The position numbers were made by a program, and so were the translations under genes. A DNA stretch of 63,753 bases, filler included, from Ministeria vibrans ATCC 50519 (Eukaryota; Protista; Filasterea), in NCBI GenBank assembly GCA_943704425.1. It is 5 parts of 5 records of this genome, joined end to end, with 100 filler letters (N's around TTAATTAATTAA, not from the genome) between each part and the next. Parts side by side here need not be neighbours in the genome. Positions count along the whole stretch, not along the records: positions 1 to 10,032 come from CALSCP010002124.1; positions 10,133 to 29,495 come from CALSCP010002452.1; 3 more parts are not named here. One strand, given 5' to 3'. The notes beneath the pieces were generated by a model, which searched no databases, had not been told where the DNA came from, and saw only the letters and a program-made list of their open reading frames with translations. Shown here one piece after another: positions 1-18,002 of the stretch (positions are counted from its first letter, which is position 1; every line of letters begins with the position of its first letter).

Positions 1-277
1 ACATCAGGCAAAATCACCAACGCGACAAAAAAAAAAAAAACGAATGAAATATTTTTCCTCGTGTCGTCTCGTCGGTGCGAAACGAGCTCACTATCGCCCT
101 CTGGTCGAGCCACCGCCTCAATGGTAAGCGATTAGCGTCCTTTGGATGCCGTAAAAGCCCGGCGATTTCGCAGTGTGGCAAAAAAAAAAAAAAACTTTTC
201 TCTCTCTCTTTCTGTTGCCCACGTTTTTGCGCCAATGCGGCGCAACGACGGCCTCTCCCTCCCCTCTCTCTTTACCT

Positions 278-365
278 GTGCAGTGATGGCAACGTCTATG
301 ATTAGAGTATCTGAACGGCGGGAACACCCCGTCCTCTGTTGTTAGCATACCAACGTTCTGAGCAC
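278..365 (+). ncRNA. Box C/D snoRNA, probable functional equivalent of yeast snR78 / human SNORD52
   Basis: Terminal stem GTGC(278-281)/GCAC(362-365), box C-like GTGATGG (283-289), D' CTGA (311-314), box D CTGA (358-361). Guide GATTAGAGTA (300-309) is complementary to this window's 28S (same 10-mer on the + strand at 26838-26847). The D'+5 rule points to the U in UAC[U]CUAAUC, the position equivalent to yeast Um2421. Confidence 0.75.
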
Positions 366-601
366 ATCCATGATTATCATTATTATTACTACCGTCTTTT
401 TACTATTATTCATTTTACTATGGTTGTCTGACTATTATTTCTCATTTCGCTCGTTTACCGTAGAAATCACCCTAGTGAAGCACGTGCCACCAGCATTACA
501 TGTGGTGATTTTGCGGTACTATGGCGAGGCGACTGATTGCACTGAGTGCCTTCCATTCAGGTGAGTCATATAGTATTACATAGAAAGTTTTTTTTATCGT
601 T

Positions 602-678
602 ATGATGATAAATTCATACACCTTTTCACCTTGGAGATCCTATTCACAACGTGAGGACCTTGTATGCAACATTTCTGA
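602..678 (+). ncRNA. Box C/D snoRNA targeting 28S UCUCCAAGGUGA (region of yeast Um1888/snR62)
   Basis: Box C ATGATGA (602-608), C'-like GTGAGGA (651-657), box D CTGA (675-678). The 12-nt guide TCACCTTGGAGA (626-637) is identical to the 28S antisense strand at 27408-27419. The D' box is degenerate, so the exact target nucleotide is uncertain. Confidence 0.75.
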
Positions 679-834
679 ACAAGCGAAAACCCCCCAGCTT
701 CTCATTTTGTTTCGCATTTATCGTATCCTGATTGTTTTAGTTGTTTGTGTAGGAAAACCACTCGATTGGCATTAAGTGTCGGAGAATGAAAAAAGTCTTT
801 GCAATAATAAAAGCTCATGTTTGATTTTCATTTT

Positions 835-2733
835 CTACTTCTTTCCCTTTCGCTTCTTCTTCCCTCCACCCCCACCACCTGCCGCTGGTGTACTCACAGA
901 CGCCGCCTCAATTTCAGTTTCAGGTACTGTCTCCGCCTCCGTCTCCGTCTCAGTCGCAGTCGCAGTCGTAGTCCCCGTCTCCGTCTCTGTCTCCGTCTCT
1001 GTCTCTGTCTCCGTCTGAGGTGCCGCCTCAGTCACCGTCTCAGTCACCGTCTCAGCCATTGTCTCAATGACACTTTCAGGCTCTCCATCGTTCTCCTCCT
1101 CATCATCATCAGTCTCATCCTGCTCCCCTTGCACCGCAGCCACCACAGCGCCCCTCTGTTCCGTTTCCTTCACTGTCTCCTTCACTGTCTCCTCCGTCTC
1201 GGTTTCCTCTCCACTGCTCTCCTCACTCTCACTCTCAGTTTCCCCATCAACATCAACCCCCTTCTTCAGTGCCTCCACATCCACATCCTCAATCCCCATC
1301 ACCTCCACCCCACCACCCTCCTCCTCATCCTCACTCCCACTACTGCTCACCCCACTCCCACTGCGCTCCTCTTTCCCTCCCCAAAATTCACTGAGCGATC
1401 CCGTCTCAACCAAATCGCGCACACTCACATTCCGCAGACTCACATCATCACCACCACCACTCTTCTCCTTCTTCTTCTTCTTTCCTTTCTTTCCTTTCTT
1501 CCCTTTTGTCTCCGCTTCCTCCGTCTCCCTTTCCTTCGTCTTCTTCTTCTTCTTCTTCTTCTGCTTCTTTTTTTCTCCGTCATCCACACTCGTTCCCGCC
1601 CCAATCGGAACTACACAAGACAAAAAAAACACATTCACATAAATACAGCGCTCACAATGCAATTCCTTACTCTCCGTGTTGACTCCGTGTCTCTTATACG
1701 CCTCAATCTGCGCCTTGAACTGCTCATCATACACTTTGCGCTTCTCCGACAGTACGCTCAGCTCCGCCTGCAGTCGTGCTGCATCCTGCTTTCGCCGCAC
1801 ACCCTCGAGTGAGTCGCGGTACTTCTTCAGCTCGTGTGACTTTGCACTGGCGTACGCTGCCTCAGCGTCTGTCTTTGTCTTGAGCTCCCGCGCCCGCTCG
1901 CCATCTTCACACGCCATCTCGAGCTCGTCCAGAAGCGTCTCAAGTTGACTGAACGAGCCACTCAATGTGCCCAGGTGCGATTTTGTGCTCTCCAGTTGTA
2001 TCAGGAGATCGGGCAGAAGCGATACATTCCGTTGCAGTGATTTGAGCGCAATCTGTCGTTGGCTAATGTCTTTGCTTGCCCGCGTCATCATCATGTCCGC
2101 TTTCTAACAATTCAAATGGAGTACAAAAAAAAAACGTTTCCATCAGCCGTCGCTAACGCCCCCATCATTCTGTCCCTACATTCGCCTGGATCGTTGCCTT
2201 CTGTGCGTTCGCTTCGAGCTCCTTCCATATCTGATCATAGCTATGACAAGAAAATTTAAGATTGTTAGTCATGACATTTTTCTGGACTGTTTCGTATCGT
2301 ACCGATCAACAAGACTGACGCCTGCGTCCAGCGCTACACCATCCACATCCACTCTGAAAGCACCAAAGAGAAGATCACACACACACACGCACACACATCT
2401 CATATCGTGTCAGTTTCAGTCTGTTTGAGCCACAAAGCGACTTCAACACAGTTCACATTATGAACCGTCTCTCTCCCAAAAGCATCCCTCTATATCTCAA
2501 CATGCATCACGTACGGCACTTCACTGGTGTTCAGCAAGGTGTCCAGGTCAGAGCGGAAGGCAGAGAGGCTACAGAGCGCACGGGAGAAAGAGTTAAATTG
2601 TCTCAAACAAAAATGGAGTCAGAAAAAAAGAAGAAAAAAAAACGTACCCTTTGGTCGCCTTGTCTCCAACTTTGCTCACCTCCTCCTTTGCTTTGCTCAA
2701 GAAGGATTGAAATGCTCCTTTCAATGTCGCCAT
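835..2733 (-). CDS. DTNBP1: Dysbindin (BLOC-1 subunit), multi-exon, long acidic/low-complexity C-terminus
   Basis: Spliced model MATLKGAFQSFLSK...ALDAGVSLVDR|YDQIWKELEANAQKA...LQRNVSLLPDLLIQLESTKSHLGTLSGSFSQLETLLDELEMACE...EKRKVYDEQFKAQIEAYKRHG follows the dysbindin coiled-coil pattern. GT-AG introns are in compatible phases. Confidence 0.8.
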
Positions 2734-2913
2734 CCAAAAATAATTGAAATTTTATTCATATAATTATTTTCATTTCAATTTTCACACAATTATTTCACTA
2801 CTTCTCCGTCACTCAACTACCCTCGCAGCATTGAACCCCCCCCCTAGATCAGTGAGACGTGTCTCCCATAGAATAGTTTTTGTTTTCTTTTCTTTTTCTG
2901 GGTTTGTGGTTCG

Positions 2914-8429
<5,516 letters not shown>

Positions 8430-8586
8430 CTTTTTTTGTTTTATTCGTGATTAAAAAAAATTTTTTTTGCTTTTTTTTCATATTATTATTTTCTGTTCTT
8501 TATTATTATTTTTAGTCAATATGAGTTAAAAGAAGAAATTGAAAGAGAGTAAAATGAAGGAGAAGGAGAGAATGCACAAGATTTGC

Positions 8587-9851
<1,265 letters not shown>

Positions 9852-9924
9852 CTGTTGAAATTGTGTATATTACATATGAGCATGTACACGCAGAAACATA
9901 TCGTCATACAGACAGAGAGACACA

Positions 9925-10032
<108 letters not shown>

Positions 10033-10132
10033 NNNNNNNNNNNNNNNNNNNNNNNNNNNNNNNNNNNNNNNNNNNNTTAATTAATTAANNNNNNNNNNNN
10101 NNNNNNNNNNNNNNNNNNNNNNNNNNNNNNNN
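10033..10132. other. Artificial contig spacer (Ns + TTAATTAATTAA + Ns)
   Basis: The same six-frame-stop linker recurs at 29540, 35134 and 62562. Confidence 0.97.
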
Positions 10133-10239
<107 letters not shown>

Positions 10240-12031
10240 TTAGTACTATTATTATTATAATTAAAAGAAGACGACAATATTAATTTTATTGTCTTTGTTA
10301 ATTACTCCTTCTTCTTCATTTTTCTCAACTTGGCTTCCAGCCCCTTCACACGCGCACTCAGTGCCTTCTCTCTTCCCTCAAACTCCTCTTTCAATGACTC
10401 GGCCATAATCTTTCTCTGCTCTTCCATAGTTTCCGCTAAAAGTCCCCTCAAAACCTCAAGTTCTCGTTTTTCCCTCAAATCTGCCACTTCTGCTTCCTTT
10501 CTTTCGTTCTTTCGCTCTTCTTCATCTTCTTCTTTGTCCTCTTCTTCTCTTTCTTCTTCTTCTCTTTTTTCTTCTCTCACCATTTCCACTTTGAATATCT
10601 CTTCCCGCTCAATTTCTCTCTCGTCCAGTTCTGTCTTGTCTTTTTCTTCTTCTTTCACATTCACTCGCAAAACTTTCTCTTCTCCATATGCACACAAAAT
10701 TAAATTAAAGTGCCTAAACGAAACAAATCAGTGAGCTTGTACATTATTAATTAATAATAATAATTATTATTAATGATTTTCTGGTTTTGCAAACCTTAAA
10801 TAGGAATCCACAAAATATTCCACCAAATCCGCACAACTGTTCGGCGTAAAAATCATATCGTAATTCGGAGGAGAAAAAACACTCTGGAGAATCATTCGAT
10901 CGCGAAACAACTCATAAGCCTAACATTAGCAGAGACCGTTTCATCACTTAATAATTAATAATAATGTTTGTTTTTGTTTTTGTTTTTTTGCATGTGGCTT
11001 TACTTTTTCGCGAGTGATCGAGTGACATTGATTGACACAATCTGTGTGTGTGTCGTAGAAAATAGAGAGAAAGGCGGAAGTTTCAAGCCAAGACAGATTC
11101 TTTTGGCGCGCAAACTAGAGCGAATGCAATAATATATTAATGTGAGAGGAAATGGTACATCGGAAACGATTGACTTCATACTTTGAGCGCATTTTGAAGA
11201 AGATCAATAAGAATGTCGTGTTGCGGTGCAAACCCAAGCCAACGACGTGCTACTGAGTTCTATTATGCGTATGTGTAAGACAGTATTACCTCCATTGTGG
11301 ATTACCGTTTGTGTTGGATCAGGCTCCGGGAGAAAACTCAGTTCATCGTTTGAGATGTCGGACTCATTGATTGCTAAACACAACAAATAATATTAATTAT
11401 TCAACAATAATTAATTTTTAACAATAGATCACAAAGTAATCACAACGAATTCGAAGGGATTGCCGTACATGGAGCACGTGAGATGCGTGGCTGTTCAACA
11501 AGCTCTAAAGGAGTAGCCGGAGTAGGAATGAGGACTTCTGCGGCGCGCGCACGGCTTCCTGGTCGAGAGCGAGGCTAAGTAGCACAGCAACGATGCACTT
11601 CATGTGAGACAATCGCTTACTGTGCACTACGTGTGTGTACAATAAGTTCAAAACAAACCTTTTTCGTGCTTGATTGACGCTTTTTGACAGCCGACGGTGG
11701 AGTCAGCGGCACAGGCTGGAGTGTGACAGCGACTGGGGGGCTCTCTCGAAGCGCATTATACTTAGTGGTTGCCGTGACAACGAGAGGGTCGTCAAAAAGA
11801 ACCGCCGCCACCTGCATTGCGGCTGATTTTGCGTCCAACTGAAGTCCACTGTCAATCACATCTCTCTCTTCAAGCATCGGTATCGAAAATGCCTCGGCCA
11901 AAATTTCTCGAGTCATTTTGTGTCTCCTATCTGTGCGACTGACAGAGTCAATCTGCAAAAGAACAAATCAATAATGACTTTTTTAAAATAATACACCCTT
12001 TAAGTGTTTCGACTACCTCTCGCATAGCCTC

Positions 12032-15000
12032 TAAGGCTCCAAATTACTATGTAAAGTAAATTGGGTAGTAAATGGTAAATGCGTTTTTACATATGTAAAT
12101 TGACTTTCACAACGAATATATTCGAGATTTATTTATCATCCAACTCTGATCCAGATAAAATATCGATAAAATATTTTTATCTTCTCCATTCCCTCCTCTA
12201 CGCATACCCGTGCCCTCCCAACTCTCAATATCCTCAACTACCCGAAAGTGAAGAGTGGCAAGACAAGAACAGCGTCCATACAGACAAAAAGAAAACATGT
12301 CCGATCGAGACCTCGAGAATGACAGTGATAATGACGAGATCGACACTAGCGACCGTGAGCAGGCGAGCTCCAACGACTCTGTCAGCAGCGATTCGAGCGA
12401 CGACGCCGCCGACGACGATGCCAACGACGACAGCGACGACGACAGCGATGACGACGACGAAAACGATATCATTGCAGTGCTGCGCCCTCCCGCGCGCGAG
12501 GATCTCGCCCACGAGCGCCTCTCCTACATGGACACTGTGGAGTTCCTCAACTCATTTGCTGACAAAAGCGGTCCGTACATGAGAGAAGGGTTCAAAATTG
12601 CAGTCAGACCAGACATCAGAAACCGCGCCAAAAAGGTAATAAAAGAACAAAGCGCGCCGAAGTAGCTGAAGTCTCTCTTCCACGCCAGGCCCCGCAATGG
12701 ACCTATTATTTGGAGCTCTTGTCTCAGCCTGCCACCTCCAAAAAGCCATTTACTCACGTGTGTGTCCTCTGTGGTCGCCTCCTACGCCTTCAGGTGACAC
12801 GCAACGCAGCCGTACACCTTCAAGGTCGTCACAGGTTCGACAAAGACACTCCGTTCGATCGCCACTTCTTCGCCGAAGAGAATGACGACCTCGCGGCAGC
12901 GAGAACCCCGGCCGGGGTCGTCTCGGTGCTGGACATGATTCGCAAGCAGGCTGTCGCCGACTCGGAGAAGAAGCGAAAGAAGCGCGATCTGCCCGTCGGC
13001 GGCAATACGGAGCAAGACACGCGCGATGTGTTCAGGTCGCGGTTCCCGCGCAGCAGCAACGACTCCACCAACTTGATACACGATGCGATTGCGCGGTTGG
13101 GGGTTGAGCATGATATGCCAATGTCCTTCGTGGAATGGCCGGCGTTCCGTGATTTGATTGACATCTGTACTCTCGTACCCAGAGCAAGCTACACTGTCGA
13201 ATCCGAGCCTTCCTACAGCGCGCGCCTCGACCGCACCTACCAGCACATGCGCAGCACCGTCGGCGCTGTCTTACTACATCAAATGATGAGCGCTGGGCAG
13301 GGGTCAATGTATCTGACCATGGACGGCGTTGTAACGGCGCGAGGCGAGCTCGTCCCAATCCTGCTCAATTGGCTTGACGAAGACCTCAACCGCCACTCCA
13401 TCACACTCGCCACTGTGTTTGAGCCTGGCAAATCGGCCGCCGACCTCGCTGCCGCTGCGTTCGCCTCACTCGCCGAGTTTCGACTGCTCGAGCTGCTCGA
13501 CACCAACCGCAACGACTTTGTCCACCTTCATGCCTATGAACACTTTATTCGCTACTGCGACGAGTACCGCAAGGAGCACGGCGACGAGACAGACGAGAGC
13601 ACCATGGTCGCCCTTTACGCCCTCGGCGGCGCGACGACGGACGGCGCGATGCTCAACCTCTTCTGTGAGATGTGCAACAACGACGAAGCCCATACGACAT
13701 GGTGCATTTCTCATCGCCTGAGCCTCGCGTTTCGATTTTCTTTTGGTACGAAAGATCAACAGTCAATCGTTCCGCCAGAACGCACCAGCCGCACGCTTCA
13801 GATCGCCTTTAACAACATGGCGGAGGAGCTGGTGACGCTTTATGCCGACTCGAGAAGCTTTTGGGAGCTCCAACTACTCGCCAAGCGCTTCAATCTCCAA
13901 CCTCCTGTGAAGATGAACTCTGCCACAGAGACGCGCTTCCTGTCCCAGCTGAACTTGTACACCGCGATCAACGACAACCTCAAACTCTTTCGCGCCATCT
14001 GCGACGACCCCGCCACCGACACGCCCGACACCATTGTCCGCCTCTTCAACCCACAGCCTCAAGGGGCTGATCCTCCTCCAGGCCAACCCGACAACCGAGT
14101 GACTCTCTCGTTTGCCAAGGAGCTCTCGAGCATCATGCCCATCATCTACGCCGCCAATGACCTGCAACTTGCGTCTGAGGGAGACAATGTCGATGCCCAG
14201 CGGTTCCAGTCGAATCTCGCGCTGTTCATCAATCAACTCGATGGGAAGCACCCGTTCAAGTCTGTCGGCGGCACGCATGTCTCGCTGCAACAACTTTGCA
14301 GCCACTCCCAACTCACCGCCGCTCTCGCTAACAACCTCAAGTATTCCATCTCGTTCTACTTCGACAAGGATTTGGAAAAAGACTGGTCCATGCTCTTGGC
14401 CACCATCCTGCACCCACGCAACAGCGGGCACCCCGCAACAGACGACCCAGAGCTCAACCTCGTCGCCAAGTCGGTTCGTTTCCTACGCTACCGATTCACC
14501 CATTTATGGAGCAAAGTGACCGGCCAAGGGCAACCGAGAATGGAGCAAGATGACCCGAAGGAGAAGATACAGGAGACGCACAAGATGATGATCAAGATTC
14601 TCTGTGAGGAGACATACCTACAGCTTCTCATCGACGGAAAGGGACACCTGCCGCGCGAGAAGCGTCCACGAGCGCATGACAATGGCAATGAAGGGCGTCT
14701 GACGACCAAGCGAGCACGGCGTGCACAGGAGAACCAGTCTGCTGTCGATGCCTTTATGGCCGTCTCGGAGGATGAAGAAGAAGAGGAGGAGGAAGAGGAG
14801 CTCGACGATGATGAAGGCGACGCCGAAGATGAGGAGCGCAGAGAAGATGCACGTATCCGACGGCTGGCGATGCCGACTCTTCTCCCGTGGCTCCGGCGCA
14901 AGCCTAAGGTCGGTGACGAGACGTTCACGTTGGTCGACTACTGGAGAAACGAACCGGACTCTGTTTTGCGCCGTGTTGTGCGTCGCATCGGTGCTTTCGT

Positions 15001-15333
15001 TCCGACACAGTGCGGGGTTGAGCGCGTCAACAAAGTCCCGAAACAAGCCTGGAAAGGTGACCGTAGCTCAATGCTTCCCAAGACTGTCATCCGCAACACA
15101 TTCCTCCACACCAATATCACGTACTTCCCACCCAGGGACTTCAACTGGACCATGTTCGACAATCCAAAGTGATAAACTATCTTGTAATTATCTACTCCAA
15201 ATTTACTATGTAAATAAATTGTAAATAAAAATAAAAGCCAATTTATTTTACTCAGTGCCCTTGGGAGGACCAATTTACTCTTTTATTTTTACTACCCTGG
15301 TCAAAACACTTTACATAGTAATTTGGAGCCTTA
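12032..15333 (+). mobile_element. Autonomous hAT-superfamily DNA transposon, 3302 bp
   Basis: Perfect 26-bp TIRs TAAGGCTCCAAATTACTATGTAAAGT (12032-12057; reverse complement at 15308-15333), a perfect 8-bp TSD ATAGCCTC (12024-12031 and 15334-15341), subterminal GTAAA motifs, and an internal transposase gene. Confidence 0.96.
12297..15172 (+). CDS. hAT transposase, about 940 aa, one 53-nt intron (12636-12688)
   Basis: A phase-0 splice joins NRAKK|APQWTYY. BED-type zinc finger (CVLC...HLQGRH), catalytic-region YLTMDG and TTDG, CxxH motif (WCISHRLSLA), ETRF, and a C-terminal dimerisation region LVDYWR...PTQCGVERVN. Confidence 0.88.
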
Positions 15334-15416
15334 ATAGCCTCTGACGAGAGATGGCGCCAAGCGTAAGACAGCATCACCAAAAAAAAAAAGATTGAAAAAG
15401 ATCAGTTATTTTATTC

Positions 15417-17967
15417 ATGGATTCGGATATATCTGCCACCGCGAGCACCGACAACCGCAGCAGCCTGGTCCGCGTCCTTTTGATCGACTTTGATCACTCC
15501 CAAGGGCCCATTGTCGAGCGCAGCTTTCCCGCAGTCGCTGAGGAAGATGGTATGCTGTCACCCCAACCACTGCAACGCCATCGCATCCTATGCGTTTTTC
15601 TTAACTTCTGCCATGACGCCGCTGCATCTTCAATGACAGTGTGGGTGTGTGTTTGTGTGTGTACATGTGTGCGTGTGTTGCAAAACACAAAAAACGTTTC
15701 ATGATTCTGTGTTTTTTGATACTTTTTCGTCTCAGACACGAACGATGCGTCTCCCGCTCGCGTAGCGCTACCGCCCGCCTGGAAACACCTGCCCTTCTAC
15801 TGCCTACCCGATGGCGCACACAACACCGACGCAGGCGTGGTGTTTTTCTCCCTGCCCGCTGCGCACGGCGGCGCAACGGTCTTCTGCGTCGCCGCTCATC
15901 GACAAATGCCCAGCACTGAACTTCGTGTGCGTCCGGCGCACGTGAGCCGTGCCACTGTCCACAAGAGCATTTGTGTCATCCTCCAACGGCCCCTGACGGG
16001 TCTTATCAAAGAACAGGTGCGGAGTGAAGACTCAACACACACAAATAAACGCACGATATGATTATTAAACGCACTATATGATTGTCTCTTGTACTTTTAG
16101 GTTGAGAAAGCTGCCAACGATTTGTTTGCGCAGCGCGACTTTACCAACTTGGATGTGCTTGAACAGCTGCTGGTGGACGTTTCACAGCGACTGAATCATG
16201 AGGAGGTGACGGCTGCCGACTTTAATGTGGGCTGGACACCGTCGAGACTGGTGCTGCGCTTTCGCCATCAAGCACTCACCCTATTCAAACTTCTCATGCT
16301 CCAAAAGCGCGTTCTTGCTGTGGGTACGGTTGGAAAAAAATTATATCCACACCCTCACTGTTTCACTCTTTTTTCTGTGCTAGGCTCGAATGCAGGCGAC
16401 GTGAGTGGCGGTCTCATGACCCTTGCGTCACTGTTTCCCTCTGTGCTTGGTGGCGATCCGACGGTCGAACCAGACTCGATTGATGCTCGATTGGGGATTC
16501 CTCTGTCTCTATTTGGCGAAGAAGGAGAAGGAGAGTTGGGTTTGACGGTGTTTCGGCCGTATTTGCCGTTGCAGGATACAGACACAGTGATGGAGAAGAC
16601 AAAGAAGAAGACGAAGAAACAGTCGTTTCTGGTGGGCTCCACCAATCAGTTGGTGTTGCGTGAGGGAAAGACGCGCGCCGATGTGGTGGTGGATTTTGAC
16701 AGAGACACGCTGACGGTGGTGGACCGAGAAGGGAAGGGAATGGAGGAGGAGGAGGAGAGAGGAGAGGGTGGGAAGGGACTGGCACGATTGGACACGATGC
16801 TGTCGCTGACGGTCGCTGATAGACGATTTATGGGGAGTGTATTGCATGGGATTGAGACGGAGGAGAGTGAATTGAGCAGTGAGAGTGGGGGCGAGAGAGA
16901 AGCGAAGAATGATGCGTTTGTGCGTCGAATGTTCCGAATCTACCAGAGTCGGTTTTTGGCTGTGGCGATGGGAGTGCGTGAGGCGGCACGAGTGGTGCGT
17001 GCTCGAGAGGAGCAGGGTCAGAGCAAGACGATGGAGGGAGAAAGGAAGACGGGTGTTGTTGCTGCTGCTGCTGCAGGTGGGGAAGAACGGAGTGTACGGA
17101 GTGCTGCTGAGCTGATGGATCGATTGGCGGGACAACGGAAGACGCGCGAGAAGCCAGGAAATACGGAAGAACGGGAGGATTTGTCATGGGATGTGCACGA
17201 TGAGGAATTGGTGGACGCAGAAGAGGATCGCGAGGAGAACGAACGGGATGCACGGACATTGGTGCGGGAAGAGATTGACCATAAGAGGGAAGTGGACGAT
17301 GACGAGGATGATAACAACAACGACGCTGATGAGGAGAAGGAAGAGACGATGGAGACCAATGTAGGAGCGGAGTCGCGCGAAGGGGCGTCACTGGCGCGTT
17401 TGTGTGGGTCGCTTGTGAGCGCACGATCACAACTGCGCGATTTTAATATGGAGTTTCATCGCGAGTGGATTCAGTTGGAGGTATATCGTCGTTGGAAAGC
17501 TCGCTACGACGCAAAAGTGTTGCTGTTGCCGCCACAGCAGAAAGTGCGACGGCAACAGGAAGGACAGGAGGAGGAGGAGGAGGAGGAGGAGAGTGTGGCG
17601 GAACAGGACGATCTGCGCGCACTGTTGCGATTGGGCCATCCCAATGCGGGTGCGTTGAACATGCGCGACCTGCGACTGCGCATGGAACAGGACGTAGAGC
17701 CAGTCATTGAGAAGGCGATTGGTACAATTAAGTGTATGTGTGTGGTGTGTTTGATTGATTGATTGTGTGTGTGGTGTAGACACGCTGTTTAATGGAATTG
17801 ATGCGGTTGTGGCAAACGTCACAGACTCATCGACTCCCGCCGGAAAGATCGTACAGAGCGGATGGGGCGCTTTCACTCGCTTCACAAGCTACTTGCAGAC
17901 TGATGCTACGATTCAGCGAATGATTGGGATGGGGGCAAAGCCAGAGGAGACCGAGACGAATGAATGA
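15417..17967 (+). CDS. AVL9: AVL9 late secretory pathway protein (DENN-related)
   Basis: VLLIDFDHSQGPIVE, WKHLPFYCLPDGAH, VSRATVHKSICVI, LFAQRDF, LVLRFRHQALTLFKLLMLQKRVL, PYLPLQ, FLVGSTN, LSLTVADRRF, DFNMEFHREW. Confidence 0.9.
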
Positions 17968-18002
17968 TAGTAAATAAAAAAACGCAATGTGAATTGTGTG
18001 TT

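Larger units (their letters stand above)
10302..15374 (-). pseudogene. CFAP119: CFAP119/CCDC189 (flagellar C1a-32/CLAMP family) homologue, exon 1 interrupted by a hAT element; downstream exons look intact
   Basis: Removing the element and one TSD restores MLSYAWRHLSSEAMRE|IDSV...MTREILAEAFSIP. Later exons give HDILIDLLQNALK|FARQKNLSWLETSAFLSIFYDTHTDCV...REK|AYELFRDRMILQSVFSPPNYDMIFTPNSCADLVEYFVDSYLR|HFNLILCAY, then an acidic stretch and a terminal coiled coil. This parallels the CFAP119 motifs DLFSHALIFCRQQGFS, RPPFSIDLF and NTYFRHFKLY. Whether this allele is non-functional is not established. Confidence 0.75.

Noticed and set aside
370-431. Possible extra C/D snoRNA (ATGATTA...CTGA)
   Set aside because: Low-complexity AT-rich interior, no clear terminal stem and no verifiable guide in this window.
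817-1812. 331-aa plus-strand ORF and similar long antisense ORFs elsewhere
   Set aside because: Shadow frames of low-complexity or GC-rich coding sequence on the other strand.
10077-10088. Repeated palindromic TTAATTAATTAA
   Set aside because: Always embedded in N runs; it is an assembly concatenation linker.
11621-11626. Possible 6-nt microexon (TGCACA) in the CFAP119-like gene
   Set aside because: It needs a 32-nt upstream intron, and a single 84-nt intron keeps the frame equally well; undecidable without RNA data.
12663-12665. Apparent stop/frameshift between the two transposase ORFs
   Set aside because: It lies within a 53-nt GT-AG intron that restores the frame, so neither recoding nor decay is needed.
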